From Verrucomicrobiota bacterium (GTDB lineage Bacteria > Verrucomicrobiota > Verrucomicrobiia > Limisphaerales > Palsa-1400), in NCBI GenBank assembly GCA_049510745.1, contig JBEKYR010000003.1, forward strand, positions 128,001 through 192,000: 64,000 nt of DNA, written 5' to 3'. The position numbers and the translations under genes were made by a program. Shown here piece by piece: positions 28,999 through 39,689 of the stretch. A model generated the notes under the pieces. It saw only the letters and a program-made list of their open reading frames with translations. It was not told the DNA's origin and ran no database searches. Every line of letters starts with the position of its first letter. The stretch's first letter is position 1.

Positions 28999-30083
28999 TG
29001 CCCGTCAACGCGCCAGCAGCCGCCTGCGTCTCCGATAAAAACGAAAACGCCGCCCCAACGGTGGTGGATCCGTTGCAGTACCCGGATTGGGATTCGCTTT
29101 TGGCGGCGCATCCGCAAAGCTCTCTTTTCCACGGCTCGGCTTGGGCGCGGGTTTTGCGCGATACTTACGGCCACCAGCCGTTCTACGTGGCCCAATTCGA
29201 GGGAAAGCGCCTGGCCGGGCTGCTGCCGCTCCTGGAAGTGTCCAGCCGCCTCACGGGCCGCCGCGGTGTCTCGCTTCCTTTTACAGATTCCTGTTTTTCA
29301 CTCCACGGGGAAGGCTCCGATGGCCGGGCGCTCTATCAAACAGCCCTGGCCACGGGCCGAAGCCGCCGTTGGAAATACCTGGAATGCCGCGGCTGGGATG
29401 CGGCCTGGGAAGGCTCTTCGCCATCGCTCGCCTTTTACAGCCATGCGATTGACCTCCGGGTCGGGCCAGACCAGCTCTTCCGCGGTTTCGACGGCCCCAT
29501 CCGCCGCGGGGTGCGCAAGGCCCAGGAGGGCGGTTTGCGCGTCGATTTTGACTCGGGGATGGACGCGATGCGGACGTATTATGCGCTGCATTGCGGGACG
29601 CGGCGCCGTCATGGCCTGCCGCCGCAGCCGTTGCGGTTCTTCCAGAATATCCAGCGGCACGTGATGGAATCGGGGCAGGGATTTGTCGCCACGGCGCGGT
29701 TGGGGAAACAGCCGCTGGCCGCGGCGGTTTTTTTTTGGCACGGGCGCCAGGCGCTCTACAAGTACGGGGCCTCGGATTACGCCTTCCAACAGTTGCGGCC
29801 GAACAATCTGTTGATGTGGTCGGCCATCCAGCATTGCGCGGAACGGGGGCTGCGCTCATTGAACCTGGGACGGACTTCGCTGTCCAACGAGGGACTGCGG
29901 CGCTTTAAGCTGGGACTCGGAGCGGTGGAAGAGAAACTTCAGTACGCCAAATATGACTTTGCCTCGAAACAATTTGTCACGGACGTCGATCGTGTGGAAG
30001 GATGGTTCAACCGTGTGTTCGCCGCTCTGCCGTTGCCGCTGCTGCGGCTGGCGGGCGCGATCCTTTACCCTCAACTCTCTTAA
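28998..30083 (+). CDS. GNAT/FemAB-related polysaccharide modification protein
   Basis: SLPFTD, RRHGLPPQP, PNNLLMW and GRTS..NEGLRRFK motifs. Confidence 0.8.
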   Translation: MPVNAPAAACVSDKNENAAPTVVDPLQYPDWDSLLAAHPQSSLFHGSAWARVLRDTYGHQPFYVAQFEGKRLAGLLPLLEVSSRLTGRRGVSLPFTDSCFSLHGEGSDGRALYQTALATGRSRRWKYLECRGWDAAWEGSSPSLAFYSHAIDLRVGPDQLFRGFDGPIRRGVRKAQEGGLRVDFDSGMDAMRTYYALHCGTRRRHGLPPQPLRFFQNIQRHVMESGQGFVATARLGKQPLAAAVFFWHGRQALYKYGASDYAFQQLRPNNLLMWSAIQHCAERGLRSLNLGRTSLSNEGLRRFKLGLGAVEEKLQYAKYDFASKQFVTDVDRVEGWFNRVFAALPLPLLRLAGAILYPQLS

Positions 30084-30109
30084 GCCGAATCGGGTGAAAT
30101 GATAAAACT

Positions 30110-32386
30110 ATGAATATGAAACAGCCATTGCCGTTGCCGCCGCCCGGGATCACGGTGCGGGACGTTTATTATGTTCTCTTTAGGCACAAGTGGATGATCG
30201 CGGCGCTTTCGCTCCTGGCGGTGGCGGCGGCCATCGCCGTCCGCTTTGCCTGGCCGGTGCCGTACCAATCCGAAGCCAAGCTGCTGATCAAATGGGTGAC
30301 GGACACCCGCGCTCCCGGCCAGATGTCATCTGACGTGAAATCCATGAGTCCGGACGAACGGGGAGCCAATATCATCACCTCCGAACTGGAGATTCTGACC
30401 AGCCAGGATGTGATTACACAGGTGGTGGACGTGATTGGCGCTTCAAACCTCCTGGCCCGTTTGGGCGGAGGTTCCAACGCCATGTCCGCAGCCGTGTATA
30501 TCCGCCTTCACTTGCTTCCCGAAGTCCCAAAAGGAAGCGATGTCATTACCCTCACCTTCTCTCATCCCGACCCGGCGATGCCGCAGCAGGTCCTCAGCCG
30601 TGTGATCGAGGCCTACTTGAAGAAGCACAACGAAATTCACCGCCCCGAATTCAGCGATTTCCTTCGCGGAGAGATTGACCAGGTCAAGGGGAACCTGACC
30701 GAGACGGAAAAGCAGTTGCATGCGGCTAAAGAGAACGCGAACATCATCTCACTGGAAGACAGCGAGAAACAGGCCGGCGAAGAAACCGCCCGAATCGAAA
30801 GGGAGATTCGCGAAACCGAGGCGGAGTCGGCTGCGGAACAAAGCATGATCAAGGATCGGGAGAGAATCCTGGCCTTGGCGATGTCCCCCCGGAGCGCGGC
30901 TAACGCGCCGGCTTTGACCAACCGGGAGCTGCCGGTTTCTCCCGCTGTCGTCGCGCAATATCAGCGGAATAGCGCCTTGCTGGTCAGCTTGCGCACCAAG
31001 GAACAAGAACTCCTGAACATCTACACCACCAATAATGTTCTGGTGCAATCAACTCAGTCTCAGATCGCCCAGACGGAGGCAACATGCAAACAGATGGAGG
31101 AGCAAAACCCCTCCTTGCTGGCCGTCCGGCCGGCGGCCGGACCCGTGACCGCGGCCCCTGGCCCGGCGGGGCCGGACCCCAGAATCTTGCTCAACGAGGA
31201 GATTTTCAGGGCGGATGCCCTGACGGTGAAATATCAGGTTCTGACCAATCAATTGGCCCAGGAAAGGGCCAAGTCCGCCAGCATCAGTGGTTCGGAGGGG
31301 ACGATCATCGAATTGCAGCGAAACAAGGAGGTTTATGAGAAGCAACTGGCCTACTATCGGGGACGCCTGGAAGAGGCGCGGGCAGACCAAGCCATCGGCC
31401 CCGGCAATTCCAGCATCAGCTCAGTCGAATCGCCCACGGGGGTTTCTCAAGACCTGAAGAAACTTACCAAAGCCAGCATCGGAATCCTTTTGGGCGGTCT
31501 GGCGCTCGCCTGGGCCTTGCCGTTCCTGATTGAATTCTATTTCGACCAGTCCTTCAAGCGCGCCTCCGATGTTCAGGGCAAGCTCGGCGTGCCTTCTTTC
31601 ATCATCTTTCCCAAGCTCGCCGGCAACGGCAAATTCCGCTCCCTCAAAGGAGCCAAAGAAGTTCCGCTCCTGCCCGCCGGCGGCAGTCCGGCCCCGGCCA
31701 ACGAACCGGAGAAAGCGGCGGCTGCGCCGGCCAATGGCGCCATCACCCCCTGGGACGACCAACACGCCTTGCGGCCGTTTTTTGAAACCTTGCGCGACCG
31801 TCTGATGACTTACTTTGAAATGATCAATCTGACGCACAAGCCCAAACTGGTCGCCGTCACCAGTTGCAGCCACAACGCCGGCGTGACCACCACCGCGGCG
31901 GGCCTGGCCTCCTCCCTCTCCGAAACCGGCGATGGCAACGTCCTGTTGGTCGATATGAATGTGCGGGACGGCGAAGCCCACCATTTTTACAAGGGCAAAC
32001 TCACCTGCAGGCTGGAGGAGGTGCTGGAGAAGGACAAGCGCGAAGACGCCATGGTGCATGACAATCTCTACATTGCCAAAGACACCGACGCGAACGACAA
32101 ACTGCCGCGGGTGCTGCCCAAGCGCTTCAGCCACCTGGTGCCCAAGATGAGGGCCAGCGACTATGACTACATTATTTTTGACATGCCGCCCATCAGCCAG
32201 ATCAGCATCACTCCGCGCCTGGCTCGCTTTATGGATATGGTCCTGCTCGTCATCGAAGCGGAGAAGACCGACAGTGAAATCGCCAAACGGGCGACGACGC
32301 TCCTGACGGAATCAAAGACCAACGTCGGCGTCGTGCTCAACAAGAGCCGGGAATACCTGCCGCGGCGGTTGCAACAGGATATTTGA
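30110..32386 (+). CDS. Wzc-like polysaccharide co-polymerase with degenerate kinase domain
   Basis: Two TM helices flank a coiled-coil region. The P-loop domain has Walker B (IIFDMPP), but Walker A reads AGVTT and there is no Tyr-rich tail. Confidence 0.85.
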   Translation: MNMKQPLPLPPPGITVRDVYYVLFRHKWMIAALSLLAVAAAIAVRFAWPVPYQSEAKLLIKWVTDTRAPGQMSSDVKSMSPDERGANIITSELEILTSQDVITQVVDVIGASNLLARLGGGSNAMSAAVYIRLHLLPEVPKGSDVITLTFSHPDPAMPQQVLSRVIEAYLKKHNEIHRPEFSDFLRGEIDQVKGNLTETEKQLHAAKENANIISLEDSEKQAGEETARIEREIRETEAESAAEQSMIKDRERILALAMSPRSAANAPALTNRELPVSPAVVAQYQRNSALLVSLRTKEQELLNIYTTNNVLVQSTQSQIAQTEATCKQMEEQNPSLLAVRPAAGPVTAAPGPAGPDPRILLNEEIFRADALTVKYQVLTNQLAQERAKSASISGSEGTIIELQRNKEVYEKQLAYYRGRLEEARADQAIGPGNSSISSVESPTGVSQDLKKLTKASIGILLGGLALAWALPFLIEFYFDQSFKRASDVQGKLGVPSFIIFPKLAGNGKFRSLKGAKEVPLLPAGGSPAPANEPEKAAAAPANGAITPWDDQHALRPFFETLRDRLMTYFEMINLTHKPKLVAVTSCSHNAGVTTTAAGLASSLSETGDGNVLLVDMNVRDGEAHHFYKGKLTCRLEEVLEKDKREDAMVHDNLYIAKDTDANDKLPRVLPKRFSHLVPKMRASDYDYIIFDMPPISQISITPRLARFMDMVLLVIEAEKTDSEIAKRATTLLTESKTNVGVVLNKSREYLPRRLQQDI

Positions 32387-32439
32387 AAACGCTCCCCGCG
32401 CCCGTCCCAGCCGGACGGGCCATCCAGCCTCGCCTCCTA

Positions 32440-33525
32440 ATGGAGTTCATCGACCTGAAGGAACAGTATCGGCGCTACCGGGCCGGCATTGACGAACGCG
32501 TTTTCCGCGTGCTGGCTCATGGCCAATACGTTCTGGGGCCGGAGGTGGCCGAATTGGAACAGGCCCTGGCCCGATACGTCGGCGTCCCCCATTGCCTCAC
32601 TGTGGCCAGCGGCACGGCCAGCCTCGAAATTGCCTTGCGCGCCCTCGATATCGGACCGGGCGACGAGGTCATCACCGTTCCCTACACCTGGATCAGCTCG
32701 GCCGAGGCGGTGGCTTTGGTCGGGGCCCGTCCGGTCTTCGTGGACATTGAGCCGGCCACTTACAACATTAACGTCGATTTGCTTGAAGCGGCCATCACTC
32801 CCCGAACCAAGGCCATCCTGCCCGTCAGTTTATTCGGCCAGATGCCCGACTATGATCGGATTAATGCCATCGCCGCCCGGCACCGCCTGCCGGTGATCGA
32901 GGATGGCGCGCAGAGTTTCGGCGCCACCCAGCGCGGGCGGCGCAGTGGCGGGGTGACGACGGTTGGCGCCACCAGTTTTTTCCCGGCCAAACCTCTGGGC
33001 TGCTACGGCGAGGGCGGAGCCCTCTTTACCCATGACGGCAGCCTGGCGGAAAAAATGAGAGCCATCAGCACTCACGGAGGCCTCCGCCGCCATCATCATC
33101 CTTTTCTCGGCACCAACGGGCGGTTCGACACCGTGCAGGCGGCCGTCTTGCTGGCCAAGCTGCCGCATCTGGACTGGGAGCTGCGGGAACGCGCCCGAAT
33201 CGGCGCGCGGTATTCGGCGGCGCTCCAAAACCACTGCGCCGTCCCGGCGGTGGCCTCCGCGAACACCCACGTCTATGCCCAGTACACCATCCGCATCCCG
33301 GACCGCGACAAAGTGGCCGAGCGGTTAAAGGGACAGGGGATTCCAACGGCCGTGTATTACCCCAAGTGCCTGCATGAGCAGCCGGTTTTTGCCAAGCTGG
33401 GCTGCAACTGGGGGGACTTTCCGGCCGCGGAGAGGGCCTCGCGCGAGGTTCTCAGCCTGCCCATGCACCCGTTCCTGGGTGAAGCAGACCAGGATCGGAT
33501 TATTGACTGTGTTTTGGCGTCGTAG
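32440..33525 (+). CDS. DegT-family aminotransferase (WbpE/WlbC-like)
   Basis: MEFIDLK, EDGAQSFGA and SFFPAKPLGCYG motifs. Confidence 0.92.
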   Translation: MEFIDLKEQYRRYRAGIDERVFRVLAHGQYVLGPEVAELEQALARYVGVPHCLTVASGTASLEIALRALDIGPGDEVITVPYTWISSAEAVALVGARPVFVDIEPATYNINVDLLEAAITPRTKAILPVSLFGQMPDYDRINAIAARHRLPVIEDGAQSFGATQRGRRSGGVTTVGATSFFPAKPLGCYGEGGALFTHDGSLAEKMRAISTHGGLRRHHHPFLGTNGRFDTVQAAVLLAKLPHLDWELRERARIGARYSAALQNHCAVPAVASANTHVYAQYTIRIPDRDKVAERLKGQGIPTAVYYPKCLHEQPVFAKLGCNWGDFPAAERASREVLSLPMHPFLGEADQDRIIDCVLAS

Positions 33526-33533
33526 CTGGCCAA

Positions 33534-35567
33534 ATGGCTAACGATACTTCCATGTTCACTCGCAGCGTTTATTACGGGTTCAAACCGCTTGTGCCGCTTT
33601 CCGTCCGGCGCGGTGTCCGGAGGTGGTTTGCCCTGCGCAAACGCGGGAAGGTCGGCGGCGCTTGGCCGATCCTGCCCGGCTCGGAGCGCCCGCCGCCGGG
33701 CTGGCCCGGCTGGCCGGGGGGGAAGGAATTCGCCTTCGTCCTGACTCACGATGTCGAGGGACAGGGTGGCGTGGACAAATGCCGGAAATTGATGGAACTG
33801 GAAACGAAGTGGGGCTTTCGTTCCTCCTTTAATTTCATTCCCGAAGGCGACTATCGCGTGACGAAGGAATTGCGCGACCAATTGACGGCCAATGGCTTCG
33901 AAGTGGGCGTTCACGATTTGCACCATGATGGCAAACTCTATCGCGGACGGGAGGACTTTGCCGTGAAGGCGGCCGAAATTAACCGCTACCTGAAGGAATG
34001 GGGCGCGGTGGGTTTTCGGTCTGGTTTCATGTTTCACAACCTCGACTGGTTGGGGGACCTGCACATCAAATATGACGCCTCCACCTTCGATACCGATCCA
34101 TTCGAGCCGCAGCCGGACGGGGTCGGAACAATCTTCCCATTTTGGAAAAGCGGCGCGCCGGGCTACGGCTATGTCGAACTGCCTTACACGCTGCCGCAGG
34201 ACTCCACGCTCTTTCTTTTGTTCGGCGAACGCAACCCGGACCTCTGGCTGCGGAAGCTCGACTGGGTCGCCGGGCACGGTGGCATGGCCCTGGTCAATGT
34301 GCATCCGGACTACATCCAATTTCCTGGCGAGAAACCAAGCCCGCATACCTTTCCCGTGGCGCACTATGAGCGGCTGCTGGAGCATGCCCGCCACAAACAC
34401 GGCGGGGCGTTATGGGCGGCTCTTCCCAGGGAGGTGTCGGAGTTCGTCGCTTCCGCTCGCATTCCGCAGCCCGTCACGCCGGCTGCCGCCGCGGACAGGA
34501 AAGTATGGATTGATCTCGATAATACGCCCCATGTGCCCCTCTTCATTCCCATTGTGGCGGAACTGAAAAAGCGGGGATACGAAGTCGTGCTGACGGCGCG
34601 CGACGCCTTTCAAGTCTGCGAGTTGGCCGCGAAAAAGGGACTGGCGTGCCGCAAAATTGGCCGCCACTCCGGGAAAAACAGGCTGCGGAAGGTTCTCGGT
34701 TTGTTCTTCCGGGCGGCCCAACTGGCGCCGGTGATCTGGCGGGAAAAACCCGATCTCGCGCTCTCACATGGTTCGCGCGCACAGGTCATCATTTGCAATT
34801 TATTGGGGACCCCCACGCTTCTGATCACGGATTACGAATTCGCCGCCTTCCCGCCGTTTATGCGTCCCACCTGGGAAATGGTTCCGGACGTTATTCCAGA
34901 CTCCGCCCTTGCCTGCCCGCCAGACAGGATCAAGAAATACCCGGGGATCAAGGAAGATATTTATGTCCCGAATTTTAAACCCGATGACAGGTTTTTAGAA
35001 AGCCTCCATCTTGATGCCAGCGATATCATTGTCGTGGTGCGCCCTCCCGCGACCGAGGCTCACTATCATAACCCTGAAGCCGAGATACTGCTGGCTCATT
35101 TCATGGAACGAGCCTGTGCCACCGCCGGCGTCAAAGTCATCCTGGTTCCCCGGAACAAAAAGCAACGCGACGAGCTTCAAGCCGCTTTCCCCGGTTGGTT
35201 TGACGGCGGGCGGACCGTTATTCCGCAGACGGCCGTCGATGGATTGGATTTGATCTGGCACGCCGACCTCGTGATCAGCGGCGGCGGGACCATGAATCGG
35301 GAAGCCGCCGCCCTGGGCGTGCCGGTTTATAGTGTGTTTCGCGGCAAAATCGGCGCCGTTGACCGGCAGCTCGAAAAGGAGGGGCGCCTGAAGTTGCTGG
35401 AAACCACGGCGGACGTGGACCGAATTGAGTTTACCCGGAGGTCTCGCGCCCCGTCGCACGGCTTTGAATCGCGCGCGGCGCTGATGACGGTTGTCAACCA
35501 CATTACTGACGTCATTGCCTGGCACAGCAACAGCGCGAGTCATCCCCTTGAGTCCTTTGAAATCTGA
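33534..35567 (+). CDS. Polysaccharide deacetylase-like domain fused to a DUF354 domain
   Basis: N-half: LTHDVE, GVHDLHH, NVHPDY. After an Ala linker: VWIDLDNTPHV...GGGTMNREAAALGVP. Confidence 0.75.
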   Translation: MANDTSMFTRSVYYGFKPLVPLSVRRGVRRWFALRKRGKVGGAWPILPGSERPPPGWPGWPGGKEFAFVLTHDVEGQGGVDKCRKLMELETKWGFRSSFNFIPEGDYRVTKELRDQLTANGFEVGVHDLHHDGKLYRGREDFAVKAAEINRYLKEWGAVGFRSGFMFHNLDWLGDLHIKYDASTFDTDPFEPQPDGVGTIFPFWKSGAPGYGYVELPYTLPQDSTLFLLFGERNPDLWLRKLDWVAGHGGMALVNVHPDYIQFPGEKPSPHTFPVAHYERLLEHARHKHGGALWAALPREVSEFVASARIPQPVTPAAAADRKVWIDLDNTPHVPLFIPIVAELKKRGYEVVLTARDAFQVCELAAKKGLACRKIGRHSGKNRLRKVLGLFFRAAQLAPVIWREKPDLALSHGSRAQVIICNLLGTPTLLITDYEFAAFPPFMRPTWEMVPDVIPDSALACPPDRIKKYPGIKEDIYVPNFKPDDRFLESLHLDASDIIVVVRPPATEAHYHNPEAEILLAHFMERACATAGVKVILVPRNKKQRDELQAAFPGWFDGGRTVIPQTAVDGLDLIWHADLVISGGGTMNREAAALGVPVYSVFRGKIGAVDRQLEKEGRLKLLETTADVDRIEFTRRSRAPSHGFESRAALMTVVNHITDVIAWHSNSASHPLESFEI

Positions 35568-36678
35568 CATTAAACTGCTGATCGTCGCGGGAGCGCGCCC
35601 GAATTTTATGAAGGTCGCCCCCCTCATCAAGGCCGCCAACGCCCACAACCATGCCGCCGCCGACGGCCAGGCCCGGTTCCAATGCCGCCTGGTTCACACC
35701 GGCCAGCATTATGACCCGCAAATGTCCGACGTCTTTTTCCGCGAACTGGGGATACCCGCCCCCAACGTCAATCTGGGGGTCGGCTCCGGTTCCCACGCGA
35801 CGCAGACCGCCAACATCATCCTCGGTTTTGAACCGGTCTGCCTGGCGGAAAAGCCCGATTGGGTGGTCGTCGTGGGCGACGTCAATTCCACCATGGCCTG
35901 CTCGATTGTCGCCGCCAAGCTGGCCATACGCGTCGCTCATGTCGAGGCCGGATTGCGCAGCTTTGACCGCACCATGCCGGAGGAGATTAACCGGCTTCTC
36001 ACCGATTCGATCTCGGATCTCCTCTTGACGCCGTCGCCGGACGCCGACGAAAACCTGCGCCGCGAGGGCATCAGCCCCGAAAAGATCGAACGGGTCGGAA
36101 ACATTATGATTGACGCGCTGGTGGAGAACCTGCCCCAGGCGCGGAAGAGCGCCATTCTGGGGAGGCTGGGCCTGGCCGCGGGCGGGTTCCTCTATGTCAC
36201 CCTTCACCGCCCCAATAACGTGGACGATCGCGCCCCGATGTCCTCCATCATGGACGAACTCCGGAAGCTGGCGGAACGAGTGCCGATCGTGTTCCCCATG
36301 CACCCGCGGACCAGGGCCAGGCTGGCGGAATTCGGGATACGGTGCGACGCTTCGCCGCGATTGAAGCTCATCGAACCGATCGGCTATCATGATTCCTTGT
36401 GTTTGACGGAGTCGGCGGCGGTGGTCGTGACCGATTCCGGAGGGTTGCAGGAGGAATCGACCTACTTTCGCACGCCCTGCCTGACCCTGCGGCCCAACAC
36501 CGAGCGTCCCGCCACCATCACCCTCGGCAGCAACCGCCTGACCACCATCGAAACCCTGGCTGCGGATGTCGCCGAGCTGTTGAACAAACCCGGACGGCGG
36601 GGGACTGTCCCCCCTCTTTGGGATGGCAAAACGGCGGCTCGAATCCTGGAGAGCCTTCGCCGCAGAACCATCGACTGA
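35557..36678 (+). CDS. wecB: Non-hydrolysing UDP-N-acetylglucosamine 2-epimerase family
   Basis: GARPNFMK, HTGQHYD, HVEAGLRS, MPEEINR and TDSGGLQEE. The start (TTG 35557) is uncertain. Confidence 0.9.
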   Translation: MKSDIKLLIVAGARPNFMKVAPLIKAANAHNHAAADGQARFQCRLVHTGQHYDPQMSDVFFRELGIPAPNVNLGVGSGSHATQTANIILGFEPVCLAEKPDWVVVVGDVNSTMACSIVAAKLAIRVAHVEAGLRSFDRTMPEEINRLLTDSISDLLLTPSPDADENLRREGISPEKIERVGNIMIDALVENLPQARKSAILGRLGLAAGGFLYVTLHRPNNVDDRAPMSSIMDELRKLAERVPIVFPMHPRTRARLAEFGIRCDASPRLKLIEPIGYHDSLCLTESAAVVVTDSGGLQEESTYFRTPCLTLRPNTERPATITLGSNRLTTIETLAADVAELLNKPGRRGTVPPLWDGKTAARILESLRRRTID

Positions 36679-36684
36679 TGCCGT

Positions 36685-37668
36685 ATGGCCGATCTTAAAA
36701 ACAGCGGGAAGGAAGCCGCTCCGGCCGTCGGACCCGAGGTCCCGGCGCGGTCTCGTTATGTGCTTATTACTCCGGCCCGCAATGAGGCCGAATACATCGA
36801 GTTGACGCTTCAATCCGTGGTCCAACAGACGGTCCGGCCCTTGCGGTGGGTGATTGTGAGCGACGGCTCCACCGACGGCACGGATGAGAAAGTCAAAAAA
36901 TATGCGGCGGAGCACGACTGGATTCAATTGTTGCGGATGCCCGAGCGGCAGGAACGGAACTTTGCCGGCAAAGTGCTCGCCTTTAACGCGGGCTACGCTC
37001 AAGTGACGCCGCTGGACTTTGAATTCGTTGGGAACATCGACGCGGATATTTCGTTCGAGCCGGACTTTTTTTCGTTCCTGCTGGCCCGGTTGTCGGAAAA
37101 CCCGCGCCTGGGCCTGGTCGGGGCGGCGTTTGTCGAGGGCGAAAGCCGGTATGACTATCGCTTTACCAGCATTGAGCATGTGTCCGGTCAGTGTCAATTA
37201 TTCCGCCGCGCCTGTTTCGAATCCTTCAACGGCTACGTTCCGGTCAAGGGCGGAGGGATAGACGTGGCGGCGGTGCTCAACGCCCGGCTTCACGGTTGGG
37301 AGACAAGGACATTTGCCGAACGGGTGTTCATCCATCACCGCGTCATGGGCAGCGCGGTCAACAAGGGTCTCATGGTCAGGTTTCACGATGGGGAGAAGGA
37401 TTACCGCCTTGGCAGCCATCCGCTGTGGGAGCTATTTCGCGGGGTTTATCAGATGGCAAAACAGCGCCCGCCGGTGCTGGGCGGACTTTCGATCCTGGGA
37501 GGATATGTTTGGTCGGCCCTGCGGCGGGTGCCAAGGCAAATCGGGCCTGAACTTGTCAAGCTGCGGAGAAAGGAACAGATGGCGAGGCTCAAGGCCTTCT
37601 TCCTGCCAATGTTCTCCAACAAATCTCCCAAAGCCCAGCCGACTTCGGCGGGCGCCGGACAAGGTTAA
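36685..37668 (+). CDS. Glycosyltransferase family 2
   Basis: ITPARNE, SDGSTDGT and DAD motifs. Confidence 0.9.
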   Translation: MADLKNSGKEAAPAVGPEVPARSRYVLITPARNEAEYIELTLQSVVQQTVRPLRWVIVSDGSTDGTDEKVKKYAAEHDWIQLLRMPERQERNFAGKVLAFNAGYAQVTPLDFEFVGNIDADISFEPDFFSFLLARLSENPRLGLVGAAFVEGESRYDYRFTSIEHVSGQCQLFRRACFESFNGYVPVKGGGIDVAAVLNARLHGWETRTFAERVFIHHRVMGSAVNKGLMVRFHDGEKDYRLGSHPLWELFRGVYQMAKQRPPVLGGLSILGGYVWSALRRVPRQIGPELVKLRRKEQMARLKAFFLPMFSNKSPKAQPTSAGAGQG

Positions 37669-37675
37669 TTTCGCC

Positions 37676-38584
37676 ATGACCCAAGCCCGGCCACATATAG
37701 CGGTCTGCATTTGCACCTACAAACGTCTGGAACTGCTGGCCAAGCTGTTGCGGGAGCTGGCCCTCCAGGAAACCAACGATCTATTCTCCTTTTCCATTGT
37801 CGTCGCCGACAACGACCGCGAGAGAAGCGCGGAGGCAACGGTGGCTCAATTCCGCCAGACGGGCGCGGTCCCCATTACTTACTGCGCGCAACCGCGGCAG
37901 AATATAGCCCTGACGCGGAATGAGGCGCTCAAGAATGCCGCCGGAGACTTCGTGGCCTTTATTGATGATGACCAGGTGCCGATAAAAAAGTGGCTGCTCC
38001 TCCTGTTCACCGAATGCCAGCAGCGCGCCGTCGCGGGCGTCCTGGGGCCGGTTAAACCGTATTATGATGTCCAGCCGCCGGCTTGGGTGGTCAAGGGGAA
38101 GTTCTACGACCGCCCGACTTATCCGACCGGATTGGTGATCGACTGGCGCAAAGGCCGCACGGGCAACGTCCTCTTTCGCCGCAAGATCATTGAGGGCCTG
38201 GAACAGCCCTTCAACCCGCTCTTCATCACCGGGGAAGACCAGGACTTTTTCCGCCGGATGATCGAACAGGGGCACGTCTTTACGTGGTGCAACGAAGCGG
38301 CCGCCTACGAAGTGGTGCCGCCCATCCGCTGGAATCGCCGCTTCATGCTCAAACGGGCTTTGCTCCGCGGCAAAATTTCGTTGCAGCATCCCACTTCCCG
38401 TTTTTTGGAACTATCCAAATCCTTTGTCGCCGTGGCGGCTTACGGAGTGCTCCTGCCGGTTTTTTTCGTCCTTGGGCAGCATCTCTTCATGAAGTACTTG
38501 ATAAAGCTATGCGATCATCTGGGCAGAATCCTGACGTTTTGCCGGATAAGCGTTGGCGGAGAGAACTATGTTACTGAACAATAG
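37676..38584 (+). CDS. Glycosyltransferase family 2
   Basis: ICTYKR, VVADND, FIDDD and GED motifs. Confidence 0.9.
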   Translation: MTQARPHIAVCICTYKRLELLAKLLRELALQETNDLFSFSIVVADNDRERSAEATVAQFRQTGAVPITYCAQPRQNIALTRNEALKNAAGDFVAFIDDDQVPIKKWLLLLFTECQQRAVAGVLGPVKPYYDVQPPAWVVKGKFYDRPTYPTGLVIDWRKGRTGNVLFRRKIIEGLEQPFNPLFITGEDQDFFRRMIEQGHVFTWCNEAAAYEVVPPIRWNRRFMLKRALLRGKISLQHPTSRFLELSKSFVAVAAYGVLLPVFFVLGQHLFMKYLIKLCDHLGRILTFCRISVGGENYVTEQ

Positions 38585-39689
38585 TCTGCCCGCAAACGCC
38601 GTTGCGCAAGCCGGTTCGCGGGTTGGAAACGAACCGGACAAGCGGTGGATTGCGACCGCCGAGGATACGATGTTCGTTTCCGGGGCCAACGGCTTCATTG
38701 GCTCCAGGGTCGTGGCGGCGCTGGCCGAGCACGGCTTTAAGAAGATTCGATGCTTCGTCCGCCCGACTGGCAATCACGCGGAATTGGAGCGGATTCTGCA
38801 ATCCAGGGGGTGCGGAGAAATCATACGCGGCAATCTGCTTTCACAGCGCGACTGTGACGCGGCCGTCTCCGGGGCGGCCATTATCTTCCATCTTGCGGCG
38901 GGGAATGAGAAAAGTTTTGCCGGCTGCTTTTTGAACTCGGTCGTCACCACTCGCAATCTGATCGAGGCGGGGCTGAAATCGGGAACCCTCAGGCGCTTTC
39001 TGAATGTCAGTTCCTTCGCGGTTTATTCCAACTACCATTTGGCCGGGGGCGCGGTGCTCGACGAAGACACGCCGCTTGAATGTCACCACGACGAACGGTA
39101 TGATGCTTACTGTTTCGGCAAAGTCAAACAAGAGGAATTGGTGCTGCGCTACGCGCGGGAACAAAAACTTCCCTATGCCATCGTCCGGCCGGGCGCGGTG
39201 TACGGGCCTGGGGTGCGCCAGAAGATCACCCCTCGGGTGGGCATCGACACCTTTGGCGTTTTTTTGCATTTGGGAGGCGGCAACCCGGTTCCGCTGACCT
39301 ATGTCGATAATTGCGCCGAGGCGATCATCTACGCCGGGCTGGCCAGGGCGGCGGAGGGCCAGATTTTCAACATCGTGGACGACAACCTTCCCACCAGCCG
39401 CCAGTTTCTGCGTCTCTACCGCAGCCACATCAGGAAATTCCGGTCGATCACGGTGCCTTACTCTCTTTTTTACTTCTTTTCCTGGTTTTGGGAACGGTAC
39501 GCCGCCTGGTCCAAGGGCCAACTGCCCCCGGCCTTCAACCGCCGCCGGTGCGTCGCCTACTGGCGCGGCAACCGCTATTCAAATCAAAAGCTCAAGGACC
39601 TGACCGGCTGGCAACCCAAAGTGGATTTTACCGAAGCCTGCCGGCGCTATTTTGATTTCATGAAAAGTTCCGGCGGAGGCATCAAGTGA
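38568..39689 (+). CDS. NAD-dependent epimerase/dehydratase
   Basis: SGANGFIG, YCFGK (YxxxK) and RPGAVYGP. Start uncertain. Confidence 0.87.
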   Translation: MLLNNSLPANAVAQAGSRVGNEPDKRWIATAEDTMFVSGANGFIGSRVVAALAEHGFKKIRCFVRPTGNHAELERILQSRGCGEIIRGNLLSQRDCDAAVSGAAIIFHLAAGNEKSFAGCFLNSVVTTRNLIEAGLKSGTLRRFLNVSSFAVYSNYHLAGGAVLDEDTPLECHHDERYDAYCFGKVKQEELVLRYAREQKLPYAIVRPGAVYGPGVRQKITPRVGIDTFGVFLHLGGGNPVPLTYVDNCAEAIIYAGLARAAEGQIFNIVDDNLPTSRQFLRLYRSHIRKFRSITVPYSLFYFFSWFWERYAAWSKGQLPPAFNRRRCVAYWRGNRYSNQKLKDLTGWQPKVDFTEACRRYFDFMKSSGGGIK

